46,301 nt of DNA from an uncultured Candidatus Saccharibacteria bacterium (lineage in GTDB: Bacteria > Patescibacteriota > UBA1384 > XYA2-FULL-43-10 > CAINNR01): the NCBI GenBank assembly GCA_964515615.1, contig CAZEVI010000002.1:1-46301 (forward strand), written 5' to 3'. Every line of letters starts with the position of its first letter. Positions within the stretch are counted from its first letter, which is position 1. A model generated the notes under the pieces. It saw nothing but the letters and a program-made list of their open reading frames with translations. It ran no database searches and had not been told where the DNA came from. The translations under genes and the position numbers were made by a program. Positions 18,660 through 30,144 of the stretch are shown here, in pieces.

Positions 18660-20735
18660 ATGCCCAGAGATTATTCACTTGAGAAAACCAGAAACATTGG
18701 AATTGCCGCTCACATTGATGCCGGAAAAACTACCGTTACCGAGCGGATTCTTTACTATACCGGTAAAAAGCATAAAATCGGTGAAGTTCATGAGGGTGCG
18801 GCAGAGATGGATTGGATGGAACAAGAAAAAGAGCGAGGGATTACCATTACTTCCGCCGCCACAACCTGTTTTTGGAAAGATACTCGAATTAACATTATCG
18901 ATACTCCTGGCCACGTTGATTTTACCGTCGAAGTCGAGCGGTCAATGCGTGTTCTTGATGGCGCTGTTGTCGTATTTGATGGTAAAAACGGCGTCGAACC
19001 TCAATCGGAAACGGTTTGGCGACAAGCCGACAAATACAGCGTTCCTCGAATTTGTTTTGTCAATAAACTTGATGCAATTGCCGGCGATTTTTATATGAGC
19101 TTTAATTCAATTATTGATCGTTTGCGAGCCAACGCTGTCGCAATGCAACTGCCAATTGGCAAAGAAAGCGATCTATGCGGTGTAGTAGATTTGATGGATC
19201 AAAAAGCCTATATTTATTCAACAGATGATTTGGGCAAAACTTACGAAATTCAAGATGTTCCAGAAGATATGAAAACCGATGTTAAGAAATGGCGCGCCGA
19301 AATGATTGAGAAAATTGTTGAAACTGATGATACGTTATTGGAAAAATATTTGCTTGGCGAAGAGCCGACAGTTTCTGAACTAAAAGCAGCCACCAGAGTG
19401 GCAACAATTGCCGGAAAGCTTTATCCGGTTTTTGCCGGCACCGCACTGAAAAATAAGGGGATCCAACCGTTGCTTGATGCCGCAGTTGATTATCTACCTT
19501 CTCCACTCGATGTCCCGGCTCCGAAAGCTACTATGGTTGGATCAGACGAAGAAATTGAAATAAAAGTTGATGATAATGGGCCTTTTGTGTCGTTAGCATT
19601 TAAAATTGCCGCTGATCCGTTTGTTGGCAAATTGACCTTTTTCCGAGTTTATTCCGGCAAATTATCATCTGGAAGCTATGTTACCAATACCAGATCGGGA
19701 GAAAAAGAACGAGTCGGCCGAATTTTGCGGATGCACGCCAATCATCGTGAAGATGTAACCGAGGTTTATTCCGGTGAAATTGCGGCCGCTGTCGGATTAA
19801 AAGCCACTATCACCGGTGATACTCTTTGCGAAGTTGGTCAAAAATATATTCTCGAACAAATTACATTTCCAGAACCGGTTATTTCAATCGCGATCGAACC
19901 GAAAACCAAAGCCGATCAGGAAAAAATGGGTATTGCCCTCCAGAGATTATCCGAGGAAGACCCAACTTTTTGTGTTCATACCGATGTCGATTCTGGTCAA
20001 ACTATCATTGAAGGAATGGGCGAATTACATTTGGAGATCATAGTCGATCGAATGAAACGCGAATTTAAAGTTGAGGCCAATATTGGCGCCCCACAAGTTG
20101 CTTACAAAGAGACAATTCGTGATTCTGTCGAACAGGAAGGAAAGTATATTCGACAATCCGGCGGTCGCGGCCAATACGGTCATGTATACTTGAAAATTGA
20201 ACCTAACGAAGAGGGTGCCGGTTTTGAATTTGTTAACAAAATTGTCGGCGGTGCTATTCCAAAAGAGTATATTCCAGCTGTTGAACAAGGTGTTAAAGAG
20301 GCAATGGGTAAAGGTGTTATCGCTGGCTATCCGGTTGTCGATACAAAGGTTACACTTTTTGATGGCACATACCACGAGGTCGATTCATCGGAGATGGCTT
20401 TCAAAATTGCGGCATCAGGGGCGTTTCAAGAAGGGTTTAAAAAAGCCAAGCCGGTAATACTTGAACCAATTATGAAGGTAGAAGTTACCATCCCCGAAGA
20501 ATATACTGGGGATGTTGTTGGCGATTTGAATTCTCGCCGTGGCCAAATTGGCGATATGATCGATCGTGCCGGGGCCAAAGTCATTGACTGCCAAGTCCCC
20601 TTGGCATCGATGTTTGGCTACGCCACAACACTGCGCAGTATGACACAAGGCCGAGGCAACTATTCTATGGAATTCGATCACTACGCTGAAGTTCCAAACA
20701 ATGTTGCGGCACAGATAATTGAAGGTAAAAAATAA
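18660..20735 (+). CDS. fusA: Elongation factor G
   Basis: 691 aa; [21 protein letters not shown]; EF-G domains IV/V. Confidence 0.97.
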   Translation: MPRDYSLEKTRNIGIAAHIDAGKTTVTERILYYTGKKHKIGEVHEGAAEMDWMEQEKERGITITSAATTCFWKDTRINIIDTPGHVDFTVEVERSMRVLDGAVVVFDGKNGVEPQSETVWRQADKYSVPRICFVNKLDAIAGDFYMSFNSIIDRLRANAVAMQLPIGKESDLCGVVDLMDQKAYIYSTDDLGKTYEIQDVPEDMKTDVKKWRAEMIEKIVETDDTLLEKYLLGEEPTVSELKAATRVATIAGKLYPVFAGTALKNKGIQPLLDAAVDYLPSPLDVPAPKATMVGSDEEIEIKVDDNGPFVSLAFKIAADPFVGKLTFFRVYSGKLSSGSYVTNTRSGEKERVGRILRMHANHREDVTEVYSGEIAAAVGLKATITGDTLCEVGQKYILEQITFPEPVISIAIEPKTKADQEKMGIALQRLSEEDPTFCVHTDVDSGQTIIEGMGELHLEIIVDRMKREFKVEANIGAPQVAYKETIRDSVEQEGKYIRQSGGRGQYGHVYLKIEPNEEGAGFEFVNKIVGGAIPKEYIPAVEQGVKEAMGKGVIAGYPVVDTKVTLFDGTYHEVDSSEMAFKIAASGAFQEGFKKAKPVILEPIMKVEVTIPEEYTGDVVGDLNSRRGQIGDMIDRAGAKVIDCQVPLASMFGYATTLRSMTQGRGNYSMEFDHYAEVPNNVAAQIIEGKK

Positions 20736-20827
20736 TATTAGCTTTACATAAATTGAACAAATTAGCCGATAAAATTCGTCTGAAAATGGTTGATTTAGCT
20801 AAACTCAAAAGTTAGTTACCGGAACTG

Positions 20828-20856
20828 TTGACATTGAAAAAAATTTAGGTTACAAT
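20828..20856 (+). promoter_or_regulatory. Sigma70-like promoter for tuf (TTGACA-N17-TACAAT)
   Basis: TTGACA 20828-20833, TACAAT 20851-20856. Confidence 0.55.
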
Positions 20857-20964
20857 TAGATTGTAGAAAATAATGATAAAAATATACAAAACACAGGGGA
20901 ATGGGCACAGATTATCTTGTGTCGATTTAATATGTTGGAAGTGAATAAATAAGAAGGAGAAAAA

Positions 20965-22143
20965 ATGGCTGCTGAAAAATTTGAAAGAAACAAGCCGCAT
21001 GTAAATGTTGGCACAATCGGACACGTTGACCACGGGAAAACCACTTTAACCGCGGCCATCACTACCGTTCTTGCAAAAGAGGGTAAAGCTGAGGCAAGAA
21101 AATTTGATGAAATTGACAACGCTCCAGAAGAGAAAGAGCGCGGAATTACTATTGCCACATCTCATCAAGAGTACGAAACAGACAAACGCCACTACGCACA
21201 CATCGACTGCCCAGGCCACGCTGATTATGTCAAAAACATGATCATCGGTGCCGCGCAAATGGATGGTGCTATTTTGGTTGTTTCTGCCGCAGACGGTCCA
21301 ATGCCACAAACTCGTGAGCATATTCTTTTGGCCAAGCAGGTTGGAGTTCCTAAAATTGTCGTTTATCTTAACAAAACCGATATGGTCGATGACCCGGAAC
21401 TTATTGATTTGGTCGAAATGGAAATTCGCGAACTTTTAAACAAATATGAATTTGATGGCGATAACACTCCAATTGTGCGCGGTTCGGCTCTTAAAGCGCT
21501 CGAAGGTGATCCAGAAGCTGAAAAATCAATTCATGAACTAATGGATGCTATTGATTCTTGGATTCCTGAACCGGCTCGCGATATTGACAAGCCTTTCCTT
21601 ATGCCGATTGAAGACGTTTTCTCAATCAAAGGACGCGGGACCGTTGCTACCGGTCGTGTTGCTCGTGGTATTGTCAAGGTTAATGAAGAGGTTGAAATTG
21701 TTGGAATTAGAAAAACTCAAAAAACCGTTGTTACCGGCGTTGAAATGTTTAGAAAAATGCTTGATCAAGGACAGGCCGGTGATAATATTGGCGTGCTACT
21801 GCGAGGTGTTGAAAGAGAAGATATTGAGCGTGGTCAAGTTTTGGCCAAGCCGAGGACTGTTACACCACACACTGAATTCGAGGCGCAAATTTATGTTTTG
21901 ACCAAAGAAGAAGGTGGACGACACACTCCTTTCACCAAAGGATATAAACCGCAATTTTATATTGGCACAACCGATGTAACCGGTGAAGTTGAATTTGAAG
22001 GTGAAATGGTTATGCCCGGCGACGAAGTCAATATTAAAGTTAAGCTAATCGTTCCAATCGCTTTGGAAGAAAACCAAAGATTCGCTATTCGTGAAGGCGG
22101 GAAAACTGTTGGAGCCGGTGTTGTAACAAAAGTTATCAAATAA
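20965..22143 (+). CDS. tuf: Elongation factor Tu
   Basis: 392 aa; [22 protein letters not shown]; SD AAGGAG. Confidence 0.98.
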   Translation: MAAEKFERNKPHVNVGTIGHVDHGKTTLTAAITTVLAKEGKAEARKFDEIDNAPEEKERGITIATSHQEYETDKRHYAHIDCPGHADYVKNMIIGAAQMDGAILVVSAADGPMPQTREHILLAKQVGVPKIVVYLNKTDMVDDPELIDLVEMEIRELLNKYEFDGDNTPIVRGSALKALEGDPEAEKSIHELMDAIDSWIPEPARDIDKPFLMPIEDVFSIKGRGTVATGRVARGIVKVNEEVEIVGIRKTQKTVVTGVEMFRKMLDQGQAGDNIGVLLRGVEREDIERGQVLAKPRTVTPHTEFEAQIYVLTKEEGGRHTPFTKGYKPQFYIGTTDVTGEVEFEGEMVMPGDEVNIKVKLIVPIALEENQRFAIREGGKTVGAGVVTKVIK

Positions 22144-22170
22144 TAATATTTACTGAAATTAGCATTTAAG

Positions 22171-22497
22171 ATGGCTACAGCAAAAGATACAATTAAACAG
22201 AAAATCCGAATTAAGCTTAAAGCTTACGATTATCGAATTATCGATAAATCGGCTGCCGAAATTATTGCTACCGCCGTTCGTTCCGGCGCAAAAGTAATTG
22301 GTCCGATTCCACTTCCAACTGACACTTCAAAAATGACGGTCATTAAAGCGACTAATGTTTTCAAAAACTCTCGTGAACAGTTCGAAATGAGAGTTCACAA
22401 GCGTTTGATTGATGTTATAAATCCGACTTCAAAAACAATTGATTCGCTAATGTCCCTTGACCTCCCTGCCGGTGTGGATATTGAGATCAAAATGTAA
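22171..22497 (+). CDS. rpsJ: 30S ribosomal protein S10
   Basis: 108 aa; IRIKLKAYD..., typical S10 length and blocks. Confidence 0.95.
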   Translation: MATAKDTIKQKIRIKLKAYDYRIIDKSAAEIIATAVRSGAKVIGPIPLPTDTSKMTVIKATNVFKNSREQFEMRVHKRLIDVINPTSKTIDSLMSLDLPAGVDIEIKM

Positions 22498-22593
22498 TTG
22501 CAGTTTTTGGTCGTGGACAACTAGAAATAAATCTAAAAATATTGCAATTTTAGATTCTTTACCACAAACACGTACGGAATTTGCGGAAATCGG

Positions 22594-22622
22594 TTGCAAG
22601 AATTAATAATTTTTGATAAGAT
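22594..22622 (+). promoter_or_regulatory. Sigma70-like promoter inside the rpsJ-rplC spacer (TTGCAA-N17-TAAGAT, TGn extended)
   Basis: TTGCAA 22594-22599, TG 22614-22615, TAAGAT 22617-22622. Confidence 0.4.
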
Positions 22623-22760
22623 ACTTTTGATAAACTGTTTCGAATGTTCGGGACAGCTATCAGCAGTAAAAAGCCAAGATAACATCTCGCCAACGGCGGA
22701 AGGTTCATGGCTATTTATTATTGCACATTTGGTTAAATAAGCTTGTCTGACAAATTACTT

Positions 22761-23318
22761 ATGAAAATTCTTGTTGCCAAAAAGTTAAAAATGACCCGCA
22801 TCTTCACTGAAGATGGAATTGCACGTGCAGTAACGGCAGTTGAGGCTAAACAGTCGGAAATTACAGAAATTGTTTCAGAGGAAAAACATGGCTATGCCGC
22901 AATTAAAGTTAAAACTGCTAATCGAAAAAAAAATAAATTTTCCGAATTTCGATCGGAAAATGGTGAAAACAATTTGAAAGTTGGCGACAAAATTTCCGTT
23001 TTGTCATTTAATGCCGGAGATGTTGTTACAATTGTTGGAACTAGCAAAGGGAAAGGGTTTGCCGGAACGATTAAACGATATAATTTTGTTCAAGGGCCAA
23101 AATCTCACGGATCAAACCAGCAACGGCGCGTCGGTTCAATCGGTGCAGGCTATCCTCAACATGTTATTAAAGGTCAACGAATGCCTGGGCATATGGGGAA
23201 TGAGAAAATTACCGTCAAAAATCTCCAAGTTGTCGATGTTGATAGTAAAAGAAACATAATGTTGATTGCCGGCGCAATTCCCGGACCAAACGGTAGCGAG
23301 ATAAAAATCATTGGCTAA
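22761..23318 (+). CDS. rplC: 50S ribosomal protein L3
   Basis: KKLKMTRIFTEDG, FAGTIKRYNF, GPKSHGS. ATG 22761 preferred over track TTG 22743 by alignment to typical L3 N-termini. Confidence 0.9.
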   Translation: MKILVAKKLKMTRIFTEDGIARAVTAVEAKQSEITEIVSEEKHGYAAIKVKTANRKKNKFSEFRSENGENNLKVGDKISVLSFNAGDVVTIVGTSKGKGFAGTIKRYNFVQGPKSHGSNQQRRVGSIGAGYPQHVIKGQRMPGHMGNEKITVKNLQVVDVDSKRNIMLIAGAIPGPNGSEIKIIG

Positions 23319-23321
23319 ATT

Positions 23322-24038
23322 ATGAAAATTCAATTTTACAAAAAAAACGGCGAAAAAAGCGAATTGGTAGAATATCCCAAGAATCTAGTTTCTGAAGTTT
23401 TGGAAGCCAGATTGTTGGAGTATTTACGAATTATTCGTAATAATGCCAGAACAAGTAACGCACACACCAAAGACCGAAGCCAAGTTTCCGGCGGTGGTGC
23501 TAAACCATGGCGGCAAAAAGGAACTGGTCGTGCGAGAGCTGGCTCAAACAGAAGTCCAATTTGGACCGGCGGCGGAGTAACTTTTGGGCCAACAAATAAC
23601 AAAAATTACTCGGGTAAATTGAACAAAAAAGAGAAAAAAGCCGCCCTTTTGGGCATTCTATATTCAAAAGTCAGCGACAAAATCGCTATTGGTATTTCCG
23701 ATTTAAAACTTTCAACGCCAAAAACCAAAGAAGCATCGTCTGCACTGTCAAATTTACCGATTTCCGGAAAAACCACCATTTTTTTGGCCAAAGATGATTT
23801 CAATAGTGAAAAATCTTTTCGCAACATACCATATGTTTTTTTAGCAAAAGCCAATAAGATCAACCCGATTTCGCTTTTATCTTCCGACAGTGTCATATTT
23901 ACCAAAGAGTCGCTGGCCGAGCTGGAAAAAAATTTTTCCGCTGGTAATAAATCCGAAGGTATGGCAAAATTAACAAAGCTACCAACAAAAACCGAGAAAT
24001 TAACGGACAATAAAACAGCAAAGAAAGAAAATGAATAA
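23322..24038 (+). CDS. rplD: 50S ribosomal protein L4
   Basis: [33 protein letters not shown]; C-terminal extension. Confidence 0.95.
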   Translation: MKIQFYKKNGEKSELVEYPKNLVSEVLEARLLEYLRIIRNNARTSNAHTKDRSQVSGGGAKPWRQKGTGRARAGSNRSPIWTGGGVTFGPTNNKNYSGKLNKKEKKAALLGILYSKVSDKIAIGISDLKLSTPKTKEASSALSNLPISGKTTIFLAKDDFNSEKSFRNIPYVFLAKANKINPISLLSSDSVIFTKESLAELEKNFSAGNKSEGMAKLTKLPTKTEKLTDNKTAKKENE

Positions 24039-24408
24039 TTTGAAAATCAAAAAGCCGATAATTTCCGAAAAAAGTTTCGTTTTAGCTAGCGAAGGTGTTT
24101 ATGTGTTTTTGGTTGAAAATAACGCCAATAAAAATACCGTGGCAACACAAGTTCACAAAATGTACAAAGTGGATGTTGTGAGCGTTAATATTATCAATAT
24201 TCTCGGCAAGGTTAAAAAAACCGGTCGAAAAATCGGCAAACGAAGCGATATCAAAAAAGCTTTGGTAAAAGTTAAAAAAGGCCAAAAAATAGCCATCTTC
24301 GAGGAAGAAGCTAAAAAAGCCGATAAAAAACCGGAAAAGTCAGATGGTAAAGATGCAAAATTAAAAGAAAAACCCGAAGAAAAGCCAAAAAAAGAAACCA
24401 AGTTATAA
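24031..24408 (+). CDS. rplW: 50S ribosomal protein L23 (Lys-rich C-terminal extension)
   Basis: KPIISEKS N-terminus, position between rplD and rplB. Confidence 0.9.
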   Translation: MNNLKIKKPIISEKSFVLASEGVYVFLVENNANKNTVATQVHKMYKVDVVSVNIINILGKVKKTGRKIGKRSDIKKALVKVKKGQKIAIFEEEAKKADKKPEKSDGKDAKLKEKPEEKPKKETKL

Positions 24409-24427
24409 TCTAATCACAAAAATAATA

Positions 24428-25252
24428 ATGGCAATAAAAGTTTTAAAACCAAATATTAATTCACAGCGTAGCAGAAGTTATGTTGATTTTTCAGATACCG
24501 ACAAGTACAGTGAAAAAAAATCCTTGCGGAAAATCAATAAAAAAAGCGCTGGCAGAAATAATAGCGGAAAAATTACTTTGGCCCATCGTGGCGGTGGTTC
24601 AAAGCGGTTTTACCGAATTGTTAATTTCAGTCAACTGTTAGATTCAGCAAAAATTGTCGCTATTGAATATGATCCAAATCGTTCAGCGAATATTGCTTTA
24701 ATCGAATATCCTAACGGAAAATTTGATTATATTCTCGCATCCGATAAGGCCAAAGTTGGCAGTAGCGTTCATTGTGACGAAAAAACCTCAGTTAAAAATG
24801 GGAATCGGATGCCGCTAAAAAATATCCCTATTGGCACAGCAATTTATAATATCGAAATTCTGCCGAATCAGGGCGGGAAATTCTGCCGAAGCGCCGGAAA
24901 TTCAGCATCACTTTTATCGATCGATGGCCAAATTGCTCAAATTAAGCTTCCTTCCTCAGAAGTTCGTCGTGTTTCATCCGAATGTTTTGCCTCTATCGGC
25001 AGCGTCGGAAACTCCGATCATATGAATATCTCAATCGGTTGTGCCGGTCGGACACGTCATCTGGGAATTCGCCCGACAGTTCGCGGAAAAGCTAAAAATC
25101 CTTGCGATCACCCGCATGGTGGCGGTGAAGGTGGCACTTCAATCGGTTTGAAATATCCAAAAACTCCTTGGGGGCTTCCGACTCTTGGTTTTCGAACCAG
25201 AAATCGCAAGAAAAAAACCCAGAAGCAAATTATTAAACGCAGGAGTAAATAA
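24428..25252 (+). CDS. rplB: 50S ribosomal protein L2
   Basis: [21 protein letters not shown]. Confidence 0.97.
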   Translation: MAIKVLKPNINSQRSRSYVDFSDTDKYSEKKSLRKINKKSAGRNNSGKITLAHRGGGSKRFYRIVNFSQLLDSAKIVAIEYDPNRSANIALIEYPNGKFDYILASDKAKVGSSVHCDEKTSVKNGNRMPLKNIPIGTAIYNIEILPNQGGKFCRSAGNSASLLSIDGQIAQIKLPSSEVRRVSSECFASIGSVGNSDHMNISIGCAGRTRHLGIRPTVRGKAKNPCDHPHGGGEGGTSIGLKYPKTPWGLPTLGFRTRNRKKKTQKQIIKRRSK

Positions 25253-25545
25253 TGTCGAGGTCGTTAAAAAAAGGTCCATATATTGATGAACGGCTTTTAA
25301 AAAAAATAGTCGAGTCAAAAAAATCCGATAAACGGATAATAGTTAAAACGTGGGCCAGAAGTTGTGCCATTTCGCCGGAAATGGTCGGTGCAACTATTGG
25401 TGTTCACAACGGCCGCGAACACACGCCGGTTTTGATTGTCGAAGATATGATTGGTCACAAATTGGGTGAATTTTCGCCAACCAGAAAATTCCGTCGCCAC
25501 GGAGGGAAAATGGCCAAGGATCAAGAAACGGAAGAGAAGAAATAA
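25252..25545 (+). CDS. rpsS: 30S ribosomal protein S19
   Basis: [24 protein letters not shown]. Confidence 0.97.
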   Translation: MSRSLKKGPYIDERLLKKIVESKKSDKRIIVKTWARSCAISPEMVGATIGVHNGREHTPVLIVEDMIGHKLGEFSPTRKFRRHGGKMAKDQETEEKK

Positions 25546-25582
25546 TTTTAAATTCTAGTATCAAATTTCTAAACAAATCAAA

Positions 25583-25984
25583 ATGGAAGTTAATGTCAAA
25601 AGTAAATATCTGCGAATTTCACCCCGAAAACTTCGGTTGTCGGTAAATTTTGCTCGTGGCATGAATGTTACCGAGGCGCAGGCTAAATTGAAATTTCAGA
25701 GAAATAAAGGGTCAAGAATGGTCGCCGATTTGCTTAAAAATGCCATATCAATAATCAAAGAATCAGAAATTAGTCCCGAATCCTTTGTTATTTCTTCAAT
25801 TACCTGTTCCGATGGTCCTCGATTGAAACGAGGCGTTCCGGTTTCCAAAGGAAAAATGGCGACAATTACTAAAAGACAAAGCCATCTAGCATTAACATTA
25901 TCGGAAAAACCAGATCAAGAATCCGCGCAAGATTTAAAAAAAGAAAAAACCACCATTAAGGAGAAAAATGGGACAAAAAGTTAA
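25583..25984 (+). CDS. rplV: 50S ribosomal protein L22
   Basis: YLRISPRKLRL, operon position. Confidence 0.93.
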   Translation: MEVNVKSKYLRISPRKLRLSVNFARGMNVTEAQAKLKFQRNKGSRMVADLLKNAISIIKESEISPESFVISSITCSDGPRLKRGVPVSKGKMATITKRQSHLALTLSEKPDQESAQDLKKEKTTIKEKNGTKS

Positions 25985-26627
25985 TCCGACAAGCTGGAGA
26001 ATGAAAATTAACGAGACATGGAAATCCCGTTGGTTTGGTGGTGCCAAATATACCGATATGTTGCACGAAGATTTGGCGATAAGGAAACACCTAAATTCCG
26101 AGTATAAATCAGCAGCAATTTCTCGAATTGATATTAGTCGAGACGCCAATAAGGTTGCTGTAACAATTAAAACTGCCAGACCGGGTGTTATTATCGGTCG
26201 TGGTGGTTCCGGAGCGGAAAAAATCAAAGCCGGCGTTGAAAAACTGATTCACGGCAATAAGGTAAAAATTAATATTGAAGAAGTTAGAAATTCCGATGGC
26301 AATGCTTCTGTGGTTGCTCAAAATATTGCTGCCCAAATTGAAAAACGAATGCCTTATCGTCGAGCAATGAAGCAAGCTATTGAAAAAGCTGAGCAGAGCG
26401 GGGTAAAAGGAATTAAAGTTCAGGTTTCCGGTCGTCTTAACGGAGCAGAAATTGCCAGAAGTGAAAAATCAATCATTGGACTTGTGCCACTCTCAACACT
26501 TAAAAGTCAAATCGATTACGCCTATATTCCTGCTCATACTACCTACGGAATCATCGGAATAAAAGTTTGGATTTACAAAGGCGATTCGGAAAGCGTTGAT
26601 TTTACTCAGCCGGAAAGTAATAAATAA
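25968..26627 (+). CDS. rpsC: 30S ribosomal protein S3
   Basis: MGQKVNPTSWR, KH-domain block GVIIGRGG. Confidence 0.97.
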   Translation: MGQKVNPTSWRMKINETWKSRWFGGAKYTDMLHEDLAIRKHLNSEYKSAAISRIDISRDANKVAVTIKTARPGVIIGRGGSGAEKIKAGVEKLIHGNKVKINIEEVRNSDGNASVVAQNIAAQIEKRMPYRRAMKQAIEKAEQSGVKGIKVQVSGRLNGAEIARSEKSIIGLVPLSTLKSQIDYAYIPAHTTYGIIGIKVWIYKGDSESVDFTQPESNK

Positions 26628-26636
26628 AGGACGACA

Positions 26637-27044
26637 ATGCTGTTACCGAAAAAAATGAAACATCGAAAGCATCATCGGGGAAGATTGCCGGGCAATGCCA
26701 CGCGCGGTTTTGATATTAACTTTGGATCATTTGCATTAAAAACCTTGGATCGCGGCTGGATTTCGGCCAGAGAAATTGAGGCGGCTCGTCGAGCAATGAC
26801 CAGATATGTTAAACGTGGCGGCCAAATTTGGATTCGAATTTTCCCTGATAAACCGGTAACCTTAACTTCCGCGGAAACACCAATGGGTTCGGGAAAAGGC
26901 GCAGTTGACCACTTTGTAGCGACTGTCAAACCCGGCAATATCCTATTTGAAATGGATGGGGTTGAGGTAAATGTCGCCAAAGAAGCAATGCGGCTGGCAG
27001 CTCATAAATTGAGCGTTAAAACAAAATTTTTAGTCAAAGAATAA
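26637..27044 (+). CDS. rplP: 50S ribosomal protein L16
   Basis: [16 protein letters not shown]. Confidence 0.97.
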   Translation: MLLPKKMKHRKHHRGRLPGNATRGFDINFGSFALKTLDRGWISAREIEAARRAMTRYVKRGGQIWIRIFPDKPVTLTSAETPMGSGKGAVDHFVATVKPGNILFEMDGVEVNVAKEAMRLAAHKLSVKTKFLVKE

Positions 27045-27051
27045 GGGTAAT

Positions 27052-27261
27052 ATGAAGCGTAAAGAAAGAGTTAATAAAATCAAATCGATGAAAAAAGCCG
27101 ATCTTCAAAAAGAGCGTGTCACTTTGATTGAACAAATTTTTTCTTTGCGTGTTGATATTGCTAACCACAAAACAAAAGGGATTCATAAAATCAAGCAATA
27201 CAAACATGATATCGCCCGAATTAACACACAATTAACAATTCATGAGGAAAACAATGTCTAA
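27052..27261 (+). CDS. rpmC: 50S ribosomal protein L29
   Basis: 69 aa helical protein between rplP and rpsQ. Confidence 0.88.
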   Translation: MKRKERVNKIKSMKKADLQKERVTLIEQIFSLRVDIANHKTKGIHKIKQYKHDIARINTQLTIHEENNV

Positions 27262-27529
27262 ACCCAAAATAGAAAACAAAATTGCAAAATCTTCAAACGG
27301 CAAAATTCTGACCGGAATTGTTGTCTCAACAAAAATGAAGAAAACTGTTGTTGTTGATATTGAAAGATCAAAGATTCACCGTTTGTACGGTAAAAGCTAC
27401 AGAATCAATAATCGGATAAAAGCCAGAAATGATTTTAATGATATTTCCGTTGGCGATTCGGTAACAATTTTCGAATGTAAACCGTTTTCAAAAACAGTTA
27501 GTTTTAAAGTTGATAAAGGAAACAAATGA
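27254..27529 (+). CDS. rpsQ: 30S ribosomal protein S17
   Basis: [20 protein letters not shown]; ATG 27254 has SD GAGGA 6 nt upstream (track start 27242 also possible); TGA stop overlaps the rplN ATG. Confidence 0.92.
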   Translation: MSKPKIENKIAKSSNGKILTGIVVSTKMKKTVVVDIERSKIHRLYGKSYRINNRIKARNDFNDISVGDSVTIFECKPFSKTVSFKVDKGNK

Positions 27530-27891
27530 TTCAGCCCTGTTCACAACTTATTGTTGCCGATAACAGTGGCGCTCGTGTTATTGAGTGCATCACGACTCTT
27601 TTTAATACCAAAAAAGACAAAGCAATGATTGGCTCAGTAATTTCAGCGTCTGTAAAAATTGCCACTCCAAGAGCCGGAGTTAAAAAGAAAGAAGTTGTTC
27701 GAGCGGTTATTGTTCGACAACGAGCACCATTTCAACGTCCGGATGGATCAACAATTTCCTTTTCTGAAAATGCCGCGGTGATCATTGATAAAGATGGAAA
27801 TCCACGGGCAACTCGTGTTTTTGGACCAATCCCCCGCGAACTTCGAAAAGAATTTATGAAGATTATTTCTCTGGCACCGGAAGTTGTATAA
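27526..27891 (+). CDS. rplN: 50S ribosomal protein L14
   Basis: [16 protein letters not shown]. Confidence 0.97.
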   Translation: MIQPCSQLIVADNSGARVIECITTLFNTKKDKAMIGSVISASVKIATPRAGVKKKEVVRAVIVRQRAPFQRPDGSTISFSENAAVIIDKDGNPRATRVFGPIPRELRKEFMKIISLAPEVV

Positions 27892-27926
27892 TTTGCCAAG
27901 TTATATAAAATTATCAATTTAAAAAT

Positions 27927-28256
27927 ATGAAAATTAAGAAAAATGACAACGTAGCAATTTTAACAGGTAAAGACCGCGGAAAGACAGGTATAGTTGAGGC
28001 TGTCTTTCCAAAGGAAAACAAGGTTGTTGTTGCCGGCGTTGCTGTGTATAAAAAAAGTGTCAAGCCGACAAGACAAACTCCCAAGGGTGGGATTATTGAT
28101 GTTAATGCAAAAATTAATGTTAGCAATGTAGCGATTGTATGCCCAAGTTGTTCAAAAATCAGTCGAATCGGATACGGTTTTTTCGGAAATAAAAAAGATC
28201 AGAAAATTCGAATTTGTAAAAAATGTCATGGCAGTTTAGAAGTTGAGGTTAAATAA
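27927..28256 (+). CDS. rplX: 50S ribosomal protein L24 (four-Cys C-terminal variant)
   Basis: KKNDNVAILTGKDRGKTG KOW motif; C-terminal CPSC...CKKC. Confidence 0.92.
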   Translation: MKIKKNDNVAILTGKDRGKTGIVEAVFPKENKVVVAGVAVYKKSVKPTRQTPKGGIIDVNAKINVSNVAIVCPSCSKISRIGYGFFGNKKDQKIRICKKCHGSLEVEVK

Positions 28257-28837
28257 TGTCAAACTTAAAAGAACAATTTAATAAACAGATCAGAAAAGAT
28301 TTGAAAACTAAACTTCAATTGAAGAACAATTTTCAAGTTCCGGAAATTAAAAAAATTGTCATTAACGCTGGATTAGGAGAAGCCAAAGACTCCAAAGAGG
28401 TTTTAGAAGATGCAATTTCAGCAATCGGCCAGATTAGCGGTCAAAAACCGAGAGTTAATAAATCAAAAAAATCAATTGCCGGATTCAAGCTTCGGGAAGG
28501 TCAAATAGTTGGTGCTTCTGTTACACTTCGTGGTCAAAGAATGTACGATTTCTTGGAAAAATTAGTTAAAATTTCCCTGCCGGCGATTCGTGATTTTCGC
28601 GGTTTGAGCAGCAAAAGTTTTGACCAATTCGGAAATTTTTCGCTTGGGATTTCTGACCACACAATTTTTCCGGAGATAAAATATGACAACGCCAAAAATC
28701 CAATCAGTATGCAAGTAAATGTCAATATTACTGCTAAGGATCAAAATGAGGGCAAAGTGCTTTTAGAAGCATTTGGCTTTCCTTTTGAAAAAAGAGCAAG
28801 TGTTCCAAACTTAAATTCCGGAGAAGAAAATGGCTAA
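28256..28837 (+). CDS. rplE: 50S ribosomal protein L5
   Basis: L5 blocks ([24 protein letters not shown]). Confidence 0.96.
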   Translation: MSNLKEQFNKQIRKDLKTKLQLKNNFQVPEIKKIVINAGLGEAKDSKEVLEDAISAIGQISGQKPRVNKSKKSIAGFKLREGQIVGASVTLRGQRMYDFLEKLVKISLPAIRDFRGLSSKSFDQFGNFSLGISDHTIFPEIKYDNAKNPISMQVNVNITAKDQNEGKVLLEAFGFPFEKRASVPNLNSGEENG

Positions 28838-29015
28838 AAAATCACAAATTGTCAGATCAAAAAGAAAACCGAAATTTTCGAGTCGCATCGTCAGACGCTG
28901 TCGGGTTTGTGGACGACGACGTGGGTATTATCGAAAATTTCAAATATGCCGTATCTGTTTGCGAGAGTTAGTTGGGCGGGGAGAGGTTCCCGGAGTAACC
29001 AAATCCAGCTGGTAG
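28830..29015 (+). CDS. rpsN: 30S ribosomal protein S14 type Z (zinc-binding)
   Basis: 61 aa; [20 protein letters not shown]. Confidence 0.95.
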   Translation: MAKKSQIVRSKRKPKFSSRIVRRCRVCGRRRGYYRKFQICRICLRELVGRGEVPGVTKSSW

Positions 29016-29080
29016 ATAAATAAAAGTTAATGAGATTATGCATCAGTTTATAAAATATTCAATCAATTTATAAGGAAATT

Positions 29081-29458
29081 ATGGATCCTATTGCAGACAT
29101 GTTTGCAACAATTAGAAATAATATGGTAGCCGGTAACGACCGAGCAATTGTTCGATATTCAAAAGTTAAGATGGCGATTCTAGAACTTTTGAAAAAGAGA
29201 CAAATTGTTACCAATTTTAGCGAATCAAACGAAACCGGTCGGAAAAATATTGAAATTATTCTCAATAATCGCCGCACATCTTGCCACATAAAAAGAATTT
29301 CTAAACCTGGCCACAGAGTGTTTGTTAAATCAAAAGACATTCGTTCACCACTTGCCGGATTAGGATTTGTAATTATCTCAACGCCAAAAGGAGTCATTAC
29401 TGGAACTGAGGCTAGAAAAATTGGTGTTGGCGGCGAATTAATTTGTGAGGTCTGGTAG
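29081..29458 (+). CDS. rpsH: 30S ribosomal protein S8
   Basis: MDPIADMFATIRN; C-terminal GGELICEVW. Confidence 0.96.
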   Translation: MDPIADMFATIRNNMVAGNDRAIVRYSKVKMAILELLKKRQIVTNFSESNETGRKNIEIILNNRRTSCHIKRISKPGHRVFVKSKDIRSPLAGLGFVIISTPKGVITGTEARKIGVGGELICEVW

Positions 29459-29506
29459 AAAATGCAAAATGCAAAGTTAAAAATTAATAATGGCAGAAAG
29501 TGCTCC

Positions 29507-29537
29507 GTGCTCGGACTATCAGATAGTACAGCCGCAC
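29507..29537 (+). other. Nested hairpin in the unusually long rpsH-rplF spacer
   Basis: GTGC-tc-GG ACTAT cag ATAGT acag CC GCAC read by eye. Confidence 0.4.
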
Positions 29538-29588
29538 AATTGCTTCCAGCATTATTAGCTACGTATCATTCATTTTAAATTATTTATT

Positions 29589-30134
29589 ATGTCGAGAGTT
29601 GGAAATAAAATTATCAATGTTCCCGAAGGTGTGATTGTCTCAACCAGTGGCAATGTTTTTTCGGTTAGCGGACCGAAAGGTAGCCAAGAATTTCAAATAC
29701 CCGAAGGAGTATGCGCTGAAATTCACGATCGACAAATTTCCGTAAAAAGATCAAGTAACACCAAGGGGCAGCGATCTTTGCATGGGACTTCAGCCAGAAT
29801 AATCACCAACATAATCACTGGTTTGACAGAAGGATTTTCCAGAAAACTCGACTACAAGGGTGTTGGTTTTACTGTTAATGTTGAGGACAATAAATTGTCT
29901 ATGCGTTTGGGTTATTCACACCCCATAGTTTTAGAAATTCCAGAAGATTTAACTGTCAGCGTTGTAAAAAATACGATTATCGTTGAAGGTTCGGACAAAG
30001 AAAAAGTTGGATTATTTGCAGCTAAAATTCGCGATACCAAAAAACCGGAAGTTTATAAAGGTAAAGGAATTAAATATCACGAAGAAATTATTAAGAAGAA
30101 AGCCGGGAAAGCCGCTCAAACTGCATCATCATAA
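29589..30134 (+). CDS. rplF: 50S ribosomal protein L6
   Basis: MSRVGNKIINVPEGV, two-domain L6 length. Confidence 0.96.
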   Translation: MSRVGNKIINVPEGVIVSTSGNVFSVSGPKGSQEFQIPEGVCAEIHDRQISVKRSSNTKGQRSLHGTSARIITNIITGLTEGFSRKLDYKGVGFTVNVEDNKLSMRLGYSHPIVLEIPEDLTVSVVKNTIIVEGSDKEKVGLFAAKIRDTKKPEVYKGKGIKYHEEIIKKKAGKAAQTASS

Positions 30135-30144
30135 AAAGAATATT

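Noticed and set aside
29983-30144. Long N-terminal extension of rplR (track start 29983)
   Set aside because: It would overlap 150 nt of rplF in another frame. ATG 30145 gives a normal-length L18.
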